DNA of 63,810 bases, counting the filler, from Nitrospirae bacterium CG2_30_53_67 (GTDB taxonomy: Bacteria > CG2-30-53-67): the NCBI GenBank assembly GCA_001873285.1. It is 5 parts of 5 records of this genome, joined end to end, with 100 filler letters (N's around TTAATTAATTAA, not from the genome) between each part and the next. Parts side by side here need not be neighbours in the genome. Positions count along the whole stretch, not along the records: positions 1 to 27,887 come from MNYV01000023.1; 4 more parts are not named here. The stretch is one strand, 5' to 3'. A model generated the notes under the pieces. It made no database searches, was not told where the DNA came from, and was given only the letters and a program-made list of their open reading frames with translations. A program made the position numbers and the translations under genes. Position 1 is the stretch's first letter. Every line of letters starts with the position of its first letter. Shown piece by piece: positions 1 to 9,473 of this stretch.

Positions 1-165
1 ACCCGGAAAGAAGAGCTCTTGATCGACAAGGACGACCTGAACCGGATCTGGGTCTTACGGAAACTCCTGCACCCCATGGGGACCGTGGAAAGCATGGAGT
101 TCCTGCTCGACAAACTCAAAGGGACCAAAAGCAACAAGGATTTCCTGGCCTCCATGAACCAGTAA
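1..165 (+). CDS. rho: Transcription termination factor Rho, 3' end (partial)
   Basis: Frame 1 reads TRKEELLIDKDDLNRIWVLRKLLHPMGTVESMEFLLDKLKGTKSNKDFLASMNQ*, the typical Rho C-terminus. Confidence 0.93.
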   Translation, partial: TRKEELLIDKDDLNRIWVLRKLLHPMGTVESMEFLLDKLKGTKSNKDFLASMNQ

Positions 166-186
166 GCCCTGCTACATACCGTCCTG

Positions 187-214
187 CCGGCCCCGCGAAG
201 CCATGCGAGGCCGG
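187..214. terminator. GC-rich hairpin between convergent rho and DUF6398 genes, possible terminator
   Basis: ccggccccgcgaagccatgcgaggccgg is an imperfect inverted repeat; no clear U-tract. Confidence 0.25.
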
Positions 215-290
215 TCGAGTAAATAAACTGAACCAACGAGGACTGATAACCAACCTCAGAGCAGATTCAGATTTTTGTATTTCTGCTATT

Positions 291-818
291 TCACCTCTCC
301 GAAGCATTCCATCGGTCTGCTGGAATGTATGGAATCAATCCTTTTTCAAATGCAATCACTTGTACTTCTCGATGCATGTTGCGGATGTCAACCATCATGT
401 CATTGACTTGCAATATCCAAATCAAAGGGTTGTCGTCTACTCGGCTTTGCAAACACCAGTTTGGATCAAGTTGATACATTTTCAGCAGGTCGCGAATAAA
501 TTTCGCCTTATTTGCTCCGCTACTTTGACTAACGCCAAACGCGGCGCATAACTCATCTGCCCGCATGTGTGGCGTCTGTGATTTATCAAAGAAAAAATTG
601 ACTGTACCGAGAGCGTAGAGAATAGCGCATGCCCAAATTTCTGGTTTCCCCCCTGTGATAGGAGAAGGTCGTTTGCGGGCAAGAGTGGCTGCCAAACGAC
701 GAGCGAGCATTGCATATTCGCTATTCAGGTGTTGATTGCAAACAGCTTCTATCAAATTGATGATCGCCAAATAAACAGGCTCAACGGCCCGCTTGAGGTG
801 CGCACGGTGCGTCAGCAC
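291..818 (-). CDS. DUF6398-like hypothetical protein, probably 5'-truncated (its apparent GTG start lies inside the attC site)
   Basis: HLNSEYAMLARRLAATLARKRPSP...WACAILYALGTVNFFFDKSQTPH...NPLIWILQVNDMMVDIR...AFEKGLIPYIP. Confidence 0.7.
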   Translation of the reverse strand: MLTHRAHLKRAVEPVYLAIINLIEAVCNQHLNSEYAMLARRLAATLARKRPSPITGGKPEIWACAILYALGTVNFFFDKSQTPHMRADELCAAFGVSQSSGANKAKFIRDLLKMYQLDPNWCLQSRVDDNPLIWILQVNDMMVDIRNMHREVQVIAFEKGLIPYIPADRWNASER

Positions 819-848
819 CGCGCGTCGCTCTCGAAGCGGTTGTTATGC
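779..848 (-). mobile_element. Integron attC recombination site (70 bp)
   Basis: Minus strand: R'' GCATAAC, 5-nt spacer, L'' CTTCGAGA (extra base), palindromic centre CGCGGTGC-TGAC-GCACCGTG, L' CCTCAAG, 6-nt spacer, R' GTTGAGC. Starts 1 nt after the stop of the 850-1071 gene. Confidence 0.85.
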
Positions 849-849
849 G

Positions 850-1071
850 TTACCGGGAAACGGCTACCGGCTGGAGAGAAAATACGCGCGCGAGCTTTGC
901 GGCGGCCGCGATATCGCCGCGTCTCAATGCATCGCGCACATCGTCAAGCTTGTATGCGTCCTCTACCGACAAGTACGGAGACCATTCCGTTTCATCTTCG
1001 AGAAGCTCGACATCCACCTCGGCAACGTACTTGCCTTCGTGCACAAATTTGACTCTATGGCGCTTACTCAT
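850..1071 (-). CDS. Small acidic protein, putative antitoxin partner of a DUF4258-type toxin
   Basis: 73 aa, KFVHEGKYVAEVDVELLEDETEWSPYLSVEDAYKLDDVRDALRRGD; its start overlaps the end of the upstream DUF4258 fragment. Confidence 0.7.
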   Translation of the reverse strand: MSKRHRVKFVHEGKYVAEVDVELLEDETEWSPYLSVEDAYKLDDVRDALRRGDIAAAAKLARVFSLQPVAVSR

Positions 1072-1162
1072 CTTTGCCTCTTCGCTTGGTAAAGGTCCCG
1101 TCCCATCGTTCGGGATCGGGGCGATATGCGGTTACAACTACTGCCGGAAAAGTGAACCCCTT
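1064..1162 (-). pseudogene. C-terminal fragment of a DUF4258-family putative toxin
   Basis: KGFTFPAVVVTAYRPDPERWDGTFTKRRGKDE*; in-frame TAG directly upstream and no start codon. Confidence 0.7.
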
Positions 1163-1167
1163 CTAGA

Positions 1168-1255
1168 AAAATAGGGACAGCGACCATTATTTTCCTTCTC
1201 GTGGCCTACCTCTCAGCTTTGCCATAAGGGGACGAAAATAGGTACATCGTCCATT
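1168..1255. repeat. Two copies of an AAAATAGG(G/T)ACA..G.CCATT motif (third copy at 43009-43029)
   Basis: aaaatagggacagcgaccatt (1168-1188), aaaataggtacatcgtccatt (1235-1255). Confidence 0.55.
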
Positions 1256-1385
1256 AAGCAGTCTTCCACTTTTCTTGCTCTTTTGCCACCGTTAAGCGTT
1301 ATTTATCATCCAAATACAAATTCATGTCAAGATGATTTTAAGGTTTGATCCTGATCTTGTAGAGTAAATCCAGTTTGTCTGGCAT

Positions 1386-1413
1386 AGATCCCCCGATCAA
1401 GTCGGGGGATGAC
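1386..1413. repeat. Single REP-like hairpin of the GTCATT...GGATT family
   Basis: agatcccccgatcaagtcgggggatgac, same family as the 45.5-54 kb clusters. Confidence 0.7.
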
Positions 1414-1454
1414 ACCTGGATTGAAGCAATGACGACAGAGCAAATGAGTATGCT

Positions 1455-1748
1455 TTATATAGAAAGCCTGTCCCTGACCTCCCCGGATGTGAGGCCTTGC
1501 ACACGGAGGATTTTTTCTCGGCTTCGCTCTCCGCGTAGGATGGAGATTCTGGACTGAGCAATCCGGAGTTTTTTGGAGAGGAACCGGATACAACGCTTGT
1601 TGGCCGCACCCTCGACGGGCGGGGATGTGAGCCGGATCCGCAGGGCGCCCTCCACCACACCGACGATTTCGTCGCGTGATGCGCCGGGCTGGACCCGGAC
1701 TTTCAAGGTGACTCCCCGCTCATCTTTTTTGGAAATGAATTCGAACAT
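1455..1748 (-). CDS. DUF167/UPF0235 (YggU) family protein
   Basis: LKVRVQPGASRDEIVG...LRIRLTSPPVEGAANK...ILRGERSREK; position after divIVA. Confidence 0.92.
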   Translation of the reverse strand: MFEFISKKDERGVTLKVRVQPGASRDEIVGVVEGALRIRLTSPPVEGAANKRCIRFLSKKLRIAQSRISILRGERSREKILRVQGLTSGEVRDRLSI

Positions 1749-2257
1749 CAGATCATTTGAACATCGCTGTCGATATGCAGTTCGGTATCAAAACTCTGCT
1801 GGTCCTGCTCGATGATCTTCTTGTAGGAGTCGACCAGACTTCCCACCTTGGCCAGAAACTCCCTTCGCATTCTTTTGAGATGCTGGACCTCGTTCTGCAG
1901 GGCGGACTGCTCTTCCCTGGCCTTCGCCAGGATTTCCGAGGCCTTTAACTCCGATTCCCGGATGATCTGCTTTCCCTGCTGCTCGGATCGGGTCCTCTCC
2001 TCGTTCAGGATCTGCTGGAGCCCCTCCAGGGTTTTCCGCATGGAGGATTCCCGGTCCTTGATCTCCCTGATCTCGATCTCTTTCTGATCAACCGTTTCCC
2101 TGAGGGCTTGATTCTTCGCGGTCAGCTGTTCGAGCTCCAGGCTGATCATCTCCAGGAAGGTCTGAACCTCCTTGACGTCGAACCCCCGGAAGGTTGTTGA
2201 GAACTGTTTTTTTCTGACATCAAGCGATGTGATGTTCATATTTTCTTCAGGCATCAT
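1748..2257 (-). CDS. divIVA: DivIVA domain protein
   Basis: ITSLDVRKKQFSTTFRGFDVKEVQTFL followed by coiled coil. Confidence 0.9.
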   Translation of the reverse strand: MMPEENMNITSLDVRKKQFSTTFRGFDVKEVQTFLEMISLELEQLTAKNQALRETVDQKEIEIREIKDRESSMRKTLEGLQQILNEERTRSEQQGKQIIRESELKASEILAKAREEQSALQNEVQHLKRMRREFLAKVGSLVDSYKKIIEQDQQSFDTELHIDSDVQMI

Positions 2258-2277
2258 GATCCTCCTTACAGGGTTCT

Positions 2278-2574
2278 CTAACGCAGCCGATAGGCAAAAT
2301 CACTCAGGGTTTTAACCACAAACATATCCAAAAAGTAAAGGATCAGGATCAAGACAAAGGGTGAAAAATCAATCCCCCCGAAAACGGGGAGAAACCGGCG
2401 GATCCGGTACAGGACCGGGTCCGTAGCCCCTCTTAAAAACCGGACCACGGGATTATAGGGGTCCGGGTTCACCCACGAAAGCAGGGCCGCAATGATCACG
2501 ACCCAGATATAGACGGAGATGATCATGTGCGCAATCTGTGCGGCGGCGCTCAGCAGGTTTCCGAAGATAAACAT
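2278..2574 (-). CDS. yggT: YggT family membrane protein
   Basis: ALLSWVNPDPYNPVVRFL...TDPVL..IRR.LP..GGIDFSP. Confidence 0.95.
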   Translation of the reverse strand: MFIFGNLLSAAAQIAHMIISVYIWVVIIAALLSWVNPDPYNPVVRFLRGATDPVLYRIRRFLPVFGGIDFSPFVLILILYFLDMFVVKTLSDFAYRLR

Positions 2575-3390
2575 CTATTCCCCCTTCCCGAGTTCCTTTG
2601 ATCGTTGTGTGGCCGCCTCCACGGCATTGTACAGGGCGGCCCTGAACTTCCCCTTCTCCAGCGCATGGAGCCCGGCGATGGTAGTCCCTCCCGGGGATGT
2701 CACCATGTCCTTGAGTTCCCCGGTATGGCGCCCGCTTTTCAAAGCCATGCCGGATGCGCCCCGCACGGTCTGCACCGCGAGACGCGTGGCCACATCCCTG
2801 GGGATCCCCTGCCGGACTCCGGCATCGGAGAGGGCCTCGATCAGCACAAAAACGTAGGCCGGACCCGACCCGGAAAGTCCCGTGACCGCATCCATGATCT
2901 TCTCGTCCACCACGACCGTCTCCCCCACGGCATTGAGGAGACGGACCGCGAGCTTCTTGTCCTGAGAGGTCACATGACTGTTGAAACTGAGGGCGGAGAT
3001 CCCTTCCTGGATCAGAGCGGGGGTATTGGGCATGACCCGGGCCGCCCGGACCTTCTTCCCGATCCCCTTTTCGATCCTAAACAATGAGACTCCGGCCGCA
3101 ATCGAGATCAGAAGTGTCCGGGGGGCGATTGTTTCAGCAATCTCCTTCAAAACCTGGTCTATGATCTGGGGCTTGACCGCGAGGAGGATCACATCAGACC
3201 TTGCCGAGAGATCCTGATTATGACGGGCCGCCTTGACCTTGAACCTTCGTACGACGTGACGAGCCTTTTCAACATCGGCATCGCTGACCAGAATGTCCTG
3301 AGGCCGCGCCGTTGAGGATGAGATCCATCCCTGCAGCAGTGCGCCGCCCATGTTCCCTGCTCCGATCAGTCCGATCTTCGGTCGTTTCAT
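2575..3390 (-). CDS. proC: Pyrroline-5-carboxylate reductase
   Basis: IGAGNMG, LAVKPQ, RVMPNTP, GSGPAY, VTSPGGTT; start set at MKRPK. Confidence 0.97.
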   Translation of the reverse strand: MKRPKIGLIGAGNMGGALLQGWISSSTARPQDILVSDADVEKARHVVRRFKVKAARHNQDLSARSDVILLAVKPQIIDQVLKEIAETIAPRTLLISIAAGVSLFRIEKGIGKKVRAARVMPNTPALIQEGISALSFNSHVTSQDKKLAVRLLNAVGETVVVDEKIMDAVTGLSGSGPAYVFVLIEALSDAGVRQGIPRDVATRLAVQTVRGASGMALKSGRHTGELKDMVTSPGGTTIAGLHALEKGKFRAALYNAVEAATQRSKELGKGE

Positions 3391-3422
3391 TCTCTGTGGT
3401 TTCCTTTTTTTCCTTTGCAGGT

Positions 3423-4109
3423 TCAACCCCGCTCTCCGAAGATGGCGGTCCCGATCCGGATCAGCGTCGCCCCTTCCTCCACGGCCGTCTCAAAATCGTG
3501 GCTCATGCCCATGGAGAGATGGGTCATGCGGACGCCCGGAATCCCGGTTTGATGGATCCGGTCCCGCATCTCCCGAAGACGGCGGAAAACCCATCTAAAT
3601 TTTTCCGGGTCCTCGTCATAAGGGGGCATGGTCATCAACCCTTGCACCTTAAGGTTTCCCATCCCGGCCATGGACTGGATCAGGGTCATGGTCTCTTCGG
3701 CATTGACCCCGGACTTGCTCTTCTCTCCCGATATATTCACCTGGACCAGAACCGGCAATGGCTTTCCCAGCTTTCCTGCCTCCTCATTCAGGGCATCAGC
3801 CGCCCGCAGGCTGTCTACCGAGTGGACCATGTCAAAAAGGTCTGCGGCCTCACGGGCCTTGTTGGTCTGCAGATGGCCGATCATATGCCACTGCACGCTC
3901 TTCCCCATCCTCCGGATCTTGTCCCCGGCCTCCTGGACCCGGTTTTCGCCCAGCAAGGTGATGCCGGCGGAAACGGCCTCCTGTATCCTTTCAACATCCA
4001 CGGTCTTGGTCACGGCTACGATGGTGATTCCTTCAGGGTCTCTCCCTGCATGCCGTGCCGCTCTTTCGACGCGTTTCCGGATTTTTTCAATATTCTCTGC
4101 AACAGACAA
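3423..4109 (-). CDS. yggS: PLP homeostasis protein YggS
   Basis: VAVTKT, LGENRVQE, WHMIGHLQTNK, LSMGMSHDF, IRIGTAIFG; TTG start with AAGGA RBS inferred. Confidence 0.95.
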   Translation of the reverse strand: MSVAENIEKIRKRVERAARHAGRDPEGITIVAVTKTVDVERIQEAVSAGITLLGENRVQEAGDKIRRMGKSVQWHMIGHLQTNKAREAADLFDMVHSVDSLRAADALNEEAGKLGKPLPVLVQVNISGEKSKSGVNAEETMTLIQSMAGMGNLKVQGLMTMPPYDEDPEKFRWVFRRLREMRDRIHQTGIPGVRMTHLSMGMSHDFETAVEEGATLIRIGTAIFGERG

Positions 4110-4131
4110 AGGATCCTTTTCCCAGATCTTA

Positions 4132-4295
4132 GCGGCCCTATTCGTAAATACGATTGACATGGATTGCAAAATCTCCCCTCTCCCCTCAGAGGGATAACTC
4201 CCCCCCCTTGCCCCCTCTTAAATAAGAGGGGGAAAACCTTTAGAAAAGGGAGGCGAGAGCCTGCCCTCGAATGGGTTTATCGGGGGAGGGATTTA
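4132..4295. repeat. Compound repeat: half TIR of the TTA-flanked MITE plus CCCCCTCT..AGAGGGGG-type hairpins carrying a CCTGCCC micro-insert
   Basis: tta|gcggccctattcgtaaatacg; ccccctcttaaataagaggggg; cctgccctcgaatgggtttatcggggg. Confidence 0.55.
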
Positions 4296-4419
4296 TAGAG
4301 ATCATGTCGTTCCAATTTTTAAATTTTAAGACCTTTAATAAAATCTCTCCCTGGATCTGGAGGCATCAGAACCGGAAACAGCATACCCTCGCCGGACCCG
4401 ATGCATGGACCTGCCGGAA

Positions 4420-5256
4420 TCAGGAGTTCTCCTCATGGATGAGCATGATCATCGCCATCATCCGCCCTGTATCCTTTCCGTTGCTTTTCCGATGGGAGTA
4501 AAACGTCCGAGGAGCGCAGGCGGTGCAAAGGTCGACATGATGGATGTTGTCCTCTTTCACGCCGCAGTTTACAAGCTCCATGTGGTTCATCTTCCTGAGA
4601 TCCAGAAAATAAGATCCCCCCTCGTGAATCAGGGCCTGTTTTTGGACTGGGTGATTATGGTTGACCCGCTCAGCGACTTCCTCCCCCACCTCATAACAGC
4701 CGGCTTCAATGCACGGGCCTATGGCGGCCCGAAGATCACCGGATGAAGACCCGAAATCCTTGTGCATCCTCTCGACCACGTTGGAGATCAGATGATGGAG
4801 GCTCCCTTCCCTGCCTGCATGCACCGCGGCAACGGCCTTCTTTTCCGGATCAACCATGAGGATGGGGACGCAGTCCGCCGTCAAGACGCCGATGGCCGCG
4901 CCGGGCTGATCGGTGATGATGGCATCGGCCTGGGCCTGCCTGTACTCTTCAGCCGGGTGGTCCCTGGTCTCGATCCTGAGGACCCGGGTGCCGTGCATCT
5001 GACGGACGGTATAGACCTCAGGGTTCCCGGCATTCAGGGCCTTGACAAACATGCACCGGTTGATCTCCACCAAGTCCTTGTCCTCGCCGGAATTCAAGGA
5101 GAGATTCATCCCCTTGAACGGGCCCGAGCTCACTCCTCCCACCCGTGTGCTGAACCCGTGGCGAACGAGGTTCAACGCTTCAAAGGCGGGGATGACGATG
5201 AACTTCACCCCTTCGTTTTTACGGACATCGTATGATTTCTCCTTTTTTTTAGCCAT
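4420..5256 (-). CDS. pgeF: Peptidoglycan editing factor PgeF (YfiH)
   Basis: HGFSTRVGGVS, QMHG, ADAIIT, TADCVPIL, AVHAG, AIGPCI, FYSHR. Confidence 0.95.
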   Translation of the reverse strand: MAKKKEKSYDVRKNEGVKFIVIPAFEALNLVRHGFSTRVGGVSSGPFKGMNLSLNSGEDKDLVEINRCMFVKALNAGNPEVYTVRQMHGTRVLRIETRDHPAEEYRQAQADAIITDQPGAAIGVLTADCVPILMVDPEKKAVAAVHAGREGSLHHLISNVVERMHKDFGSSSGDLRAAIGPCIEAGCYEVGEEVAERVNHNHPVQKQALIHEGGSYFLDLRKMNHMELVNCGVKEDNIHHVDLCTACAPRTFYSHRKSNGKDTGRMMAMIMLIHEENS

Positions 5257-7012
5257 GACCTTCCTCGGAGCCCCCGCAGACGCCGCACCGGTGACACGCC
5301 GAATCATCGGGACAGGCGGGGGTCAAACGCCCTGAAGCGGACCGTTGATACTCCCTGTACAGGTATTCCCGGCGGCAGCCCGGTTCCACAATATCCCATG
5401 GAAAGATCTCATCTTTCTCCCGCTCGCGAAAAGGCGAACCGGCCAGATCCGGACCCGCCTCTTTCAGGGCCTGGGCCCAGTTTCCGGACCTCCCGGCCAC
5501 GGAGATCAGCAAGGCGCCGGCCCGCCGGTCTCCCCGTGACAAAAGCCCCTGGATCACCGACCATTTGGGAAGGTCCTGTATGACCGTCATATTCCCCTTA
5601 CCGTTCAGCCGTTTTTTAATATAACCTATTTTTTTTGTCAATGCATCTTTTTTGTTCATGGGAAACCACTGGAAGGGCGTATGAGGCTTGGGGACGAAGC
5701 TGTTCAGGCTCACGGTGATCCCCCCGATCCGGCCCTGCTCCCTCCCCGCCTGCCTCTGAATTTCCTTGATTTTTAAAACAAGATCCACCAGGGCCTCGAT
5801 ATCCTCGTTCTCCTCGAAAGGGAGACCCACCATGAAATAAAGCTTGAGATTCAAAATCCGATACCCCAAGGCCATCCGGCAGGCGTTTAGGATATCCTGC
5901 TCGTCAATCCCCTTGTTCATGATCTCCCGCATGCGCCGGCTCCCGCCCTCCGGGGCCAAAGAGATGGTTTTATGCCCGCTTTCCGCCAGGGCGGACATGA
6001 GTTCAGGGATGAGGGAATCGGCCCGGAGGGAAGAGACGGAAATCCTCGCCCCGCAGGCACGGATCTCCCTGACCAGATCAGCCAGCCGGGGGTAATCCGA
6101 GACCGCAGCGCCCACCAGCCCGATCCTGTCGGTATAATAAAGTCCTTCACGAACCGATTTCATGACCCCATCAAGACTCCGGAACCTGGGCGGCCTGTAG
6201 ATATATCCGGCGGCGCAAAACCGGCAATGCCGGCCGCACCCCCGAGAGAGCTCGATCAGGAACATGTCGTTCAGTTCCGTATCCGGGGTCATCACCCTGG
6301 ATACGGCCGGAAGCCGGTCCAGATCCCCGGCCCAGCGCCGCTTGATTCTCGGCGGAAAATCCGGATCGTGTTCGATCTTTGCCACCCGCCCAAGGGAGTC
6401 ATAATGAAACGCATAGGCATGAGGAAAATAGACCCCCTCCAGCCCCAGGCATGCCTCAGAGAATCGTTTGAATCCGGCAGGGTCCCTGACCGGGTTCCCG
6501 GCGAGCGCATCCATGACCTCCAGGATCATCTCCTCGGCTTCGCCGATGAACATGACATCGGCGAAATCGGCAAGGGGCTCCGGATTGATGGAGAGTGCGA
6601 CACCGCCGATCCAGACCATGGGATCCCGCCCGTATTTTCTCCGGTTTCTTAAGGGATGGATCTTGTTTTTTTGAAGAATCTCGACCAGGTGGAGATAGTC
6701 CAGTTCAAAGGAGACGGAAAAAGCGAGGATATCAAATGTCCGAAGCCGGCGCCCGGACGGTATCGACCGGCAGAAATCTTCACGCCCTCCGGCCTTTTCC
6801 CTCTCCTCCCTGTCGGGCAGAAAGACCCGTTCACAGGTCACATCGTCCCTCTGGTTCAGGATATGATAGATGGTCTGAAACCCCAGATTGGACATCCCCA
6901 CGGAGTAGGTGTTCGGATAGACCAATGCCGCCCGGATCCCGCCTTTCACAGGCTTCCAGATCTCTCCATATTCGGAAGCGAAACGTTTCTTGATTTTTTC
7001 TTCAAAGCGCAT
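5249..7012 (-). CDS. B12-binding-like radical SAM protein
   Basis: YPNTYSVGMSNLGFQ N-terminus; ELSRGCGRHCRFC CxxxCxxC; KLYFMVGLP; C-terminal C..C..CGVC. Confidence 0.88.
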   Translation of the reverse strand: MRFEEKIKKRFASEYGEIWKPVKGGIRAALVYPNTYSVGMSNLGFQTIYHILNQRDDVTCERVFLPDREEREKAGGREDFCRSIPSGRRLRTFDILAFSVSFELDYLHLVEILQKNKIHPLRNRRKYGRDPMVWIGGVALSINPEPLADFADVMFIGEAEEMILEVMDALAGNPVRDPAGFKRFSEACLGLEGVYFPHAYAFHYDSLGRVAKIEHDPDFPPRIKRRWAGDLDRLPAVSRVMTPDTELNDMFLIELSRGCGRHCRFCAAGYIYRPPRFRSLDGVMKSVREGLYYTDRIGLVGAAVSDYPRLADLVREIRACGARISVSSLRADSLIPELMSALAESGHKTISLAPEGGSRRMREIMNKGIDEQDILNACRMALGYRILNLKLYFMVGLPFEENEDIEALVDLVLKIKEIQRQAGREQGRIGGITVSLNSFVPKPHTPFQWFPMNKKDALTKKIGYIKKRLNGKGNMTVIQDLPKWSVIQGLLSRGDRRAGALLISVAGRSGNWAQALKEAGPDLAGSPFREREKDEIFPWDIVEPGCRREYLYREYQRSASGRLTPACPDDSACHRCGVCGGSEEGHG

Positions 7013-7030
7013 GCTTCATGTCATACCCTT

Positions 7031-8182
7031 TCAGTCCAGCTGCCTTCTCAGGAAAGTAGGGATGTCCAGATCGTTTTCATCATAACGCCCCCGTGAGTCA
7101 TAACCGGTGCTCATTTTCCCCCGACGGATAAAGGTAGGCGTATCCATGGCCTTGCCGCCTGCATAGGTCTCGAAATTCACGGCCTTCTTGACCACCGCCG
7201 CCGGTTCCTCGGCCGCTGCCGGCTCTTCAAACCCCGTGGCGATGACCGTTACCTTCAGGGCGTCCCCCATACTTGGGTTGATGGCCGATCCGAAAATAAT
7301 ATTGGCGTCCTCATGCGCCTCTTCCTGGATGATGCTGGTCGCCTCATTGATCTCGTACAGGGCCATCTTTTCGGTCCCGGTGATATTGATCAGGACGCGG
7401 CGGGCGCCGCCCATGGATCCGTCTTCCAATAGAGGACTGGAGATGGCCTTATGAGCGGCCTCCACGGCCCGGCCTTCGCCGACGGCGATCCCGGTTCCCA
7501 TGACGGCTCGTCCCTTCCCGGTCATGATGGTCCTCACATCGGCAAAATCCACGTTGACCAGCCCGGGGAGGGTGATCAGGTCGGAGATCCCCTGCACCGC
7601 CTGGCAGAGGACGTCGTCGGCGATCTTGAAGGCGTCAAACAGGGCCGTCTGCTTGTCGATGATCCCGAGGAGCCTCTGATTGGGAATGACAATCACCGTA
7701 TCCACCGCGTCCTTGAGCTGCTGCAATCCCTGCTCCGCCTGTGCGGCCCTTTGCTTTCCTTCAAAGTTAAAGGGTTTGGTCACGACGCCCACGACCAGGG
7801 CCCCCGCCTCTTTGGCCATCCTTCCGATCACCGGGGCGGCGCCTGTCCCCGTCCCGCCTCCCATGCCGGCCGTAATGAAAATCATGTCCGATCCCTGAAT
7901 GCTTTCCTTGATCTGATCCTGGTCCTCCAGCGCGGCCTGCCGCCCGATCTCCGGATTGGCCCCTGCGCCGAGGCCCTTGGTTAACTTGCCTCCGATCTGC
8001 AGCTTCATCGGAGCCAGACTGGTGGCGAGGACCTGGGCATCCGTATTGACCGCGATGAAATCCACTCCCTCGAGCTGGGACTGGATCATGGTATTGACCG
8101 CGTTGTTCCCGCCGCCTCCTACACCTATAACCATGATCTTCGCCTGGCTCGGCACATCTCCTGCAAATTCAAAATTCATCAT
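7031..8182 (-). CDS. ftsZ: Cell division protein FtsZ
   Basis: [26 protein letters not shown]-terminal LDIPTFLR. Confidence 0.99.
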   Translation of the reverse strand: MMNFEFAGDVPSQAKIMVIGVGGGGNNAVNTMIQSQLEGVDFIAVNTDAQVLATSLAPMKLQIGGKLTKGLGAGANPEIGRQAALEDQDQIKESIQGSDMIFITAGMGGGTGTGAAPVIGRMAKEAGALVVGVVTKPFNFEGKQRAAQAEQGLQQLKDAVDTVIVIPNQRLLGIIDKQTALFDAFKIADDVLCQAVQGISDLITLPGLVNVDFADVRTIMTGKGRAVMGTGIAVGEGRAVEAAHKAISSPLLEDGSMGGARRVLINITGTEKMALYEINEATSIIQEEAHEDANIIFGSAINPSMGDALKVTVIATGFEEPAAAEEPAAVVKKAVNFETYAGGKAMDTPTFIRRGKMSTGYDSRGRYDENDLDIPTFLRRQLD

Positions 8183-8201
8183 ATTCCCCCTTTCTATAAA
8201 T

Positions 8202-9434
8202 TTAGAAAAACTCACTGACCCACTTTTTTATTTTCATCCATGCTTTTTTGACTGCATGCTCTTCGGGCTGGGCCGACATGGAACTCCGGGAAAGGTTCTG
8301 GAATCCGTACTGTACCAGCCCCACGGCCGTGGCATACATGGGGCTGGAGACCACGTCCACCAGTCCGCCGATATTCATGGGGACCCCCAGCCTTGCGGGC
8401 AGGCCCATCACCTCTTCAGCAATCTCCACCATACCGTCCATGATGGAAGTCCCGCCGGTTAAGACAACACCCGATGTGATCATGTCTTCATACCCGGTCT
8501 TCACAATCTCCCTCTTGACCAGACTGAAAAGCTCCTCCACCCTCGGCTCGATGATCTCGCTTAAGATCTGCCTGGAAAGGACCCTGGGCGGCCGCCCCCC
8601 CACGCTCGGCACCTCGATGGTTTCGTCGTCCCGGACCATGGAGGTCTTGGCGCATCCGTACTTGATCTTGATCCGCTCCGCTTCGCTGATGGGCGTGCGG
8701 ATTCCCACGGAGATGTCGTTGGATATATTGTTCCCGCCGACGGTGATGATGGAGGTATGCCAGATGCTTCCATCCAAAAAAATGGCAAGGTCCGTGGTCC
8801 CGCCGCCCAGATCAAAGAGAGAGACACCCATCTCTCTCTCCTCGGGTGTCAGAACAGCAAGGCTCGATGCAAAAGATTCGAGGACGATGTCCTTGACCTC
8901 CAGACCAGCCCGGTTGCAGCTCTTGATGATGTTCTGTATGGATGTCACGGATGCGGTCACGATATGCACCTCCGCCTCCAGCCGGACGCCGGACATCCCG
9001 ATGGGATCCTTGATTCCATCCTGGTCGTCCACAATGAACTCCTGAGGAAAGACATGGATCACCTCCCGGTCCATGGGAATGGAGATGGCCTTGGCCGCGT
9101 CGATCACACGGTCCACATCCAATGAGTTGACCTCTTTTTCCTTGATGGCCACCACGCCCCGGCTGTTCAGGCTTTTGATGTGGGCGCCGGCAATCCCCGC
9201 ATAGACCGATGTAATCTCACACCCGGCCATCAGTTCCGCCTCTTCCACGGCTTTCTTGATGGTCTCCACGGTGCTGTCGATATTGACCACCACCCCTTTG
9301 CGAAGACCTTTCGAAGGAGAAGTCCCGATTCCGATCACATCGATCTTCCCGTCGGCATTCTTGCTCCCGACAATGACGCATATCTTAGTGGTCCCGAGAT
9401 CCAACCCAACGATCAACTGATCTTTCTTGGCCAA
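8202..9434 (-). CDS. ftsA: Cell division protein FtsA
   Basis: [21 protein letters not shown]. Confidence 0.99.
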   Translation of the reverse strand: MAKKDQLIVGLDLGTTKICVIVGSKNADGKIDVIGIGTSPSKGLRKGVVVNIDSTVETIKKAVEEAELMAGCEITSVYAGIAGAHIKSLNSRGVVAIKEKEVNSLDVDRVIDAAKAISIPMDREVIHVFPQEFIVDDQDGIKDPIGMSGVRLEAEVHIVTASVTSIQNIIKSCNRAGLEVKDIVLESFASSLAVLTPEEREMGVSLFDLGGGTTDLAIFLDGSIWHTSIITVGGNNISNDISVGIRTPISEAERIKIKYGCAKTSMVRDDETIEVPSVGGRPPRVLSRQILSEIIEPRVEELFSLVKREIVKTGYEDMITSGVVLTGGTSIMDGMVEIAEEVMGLPARLGVPMNIGGLVDVVSSPMYATAVGLVQYGFQNLSRSSMSAQPEEHAVKKAWMKIKKWVSEFF

Positions 9435-9473
9435 TGTCCTCTCCTTAAAAATCGTTCAAACCGTTCAAACGGT

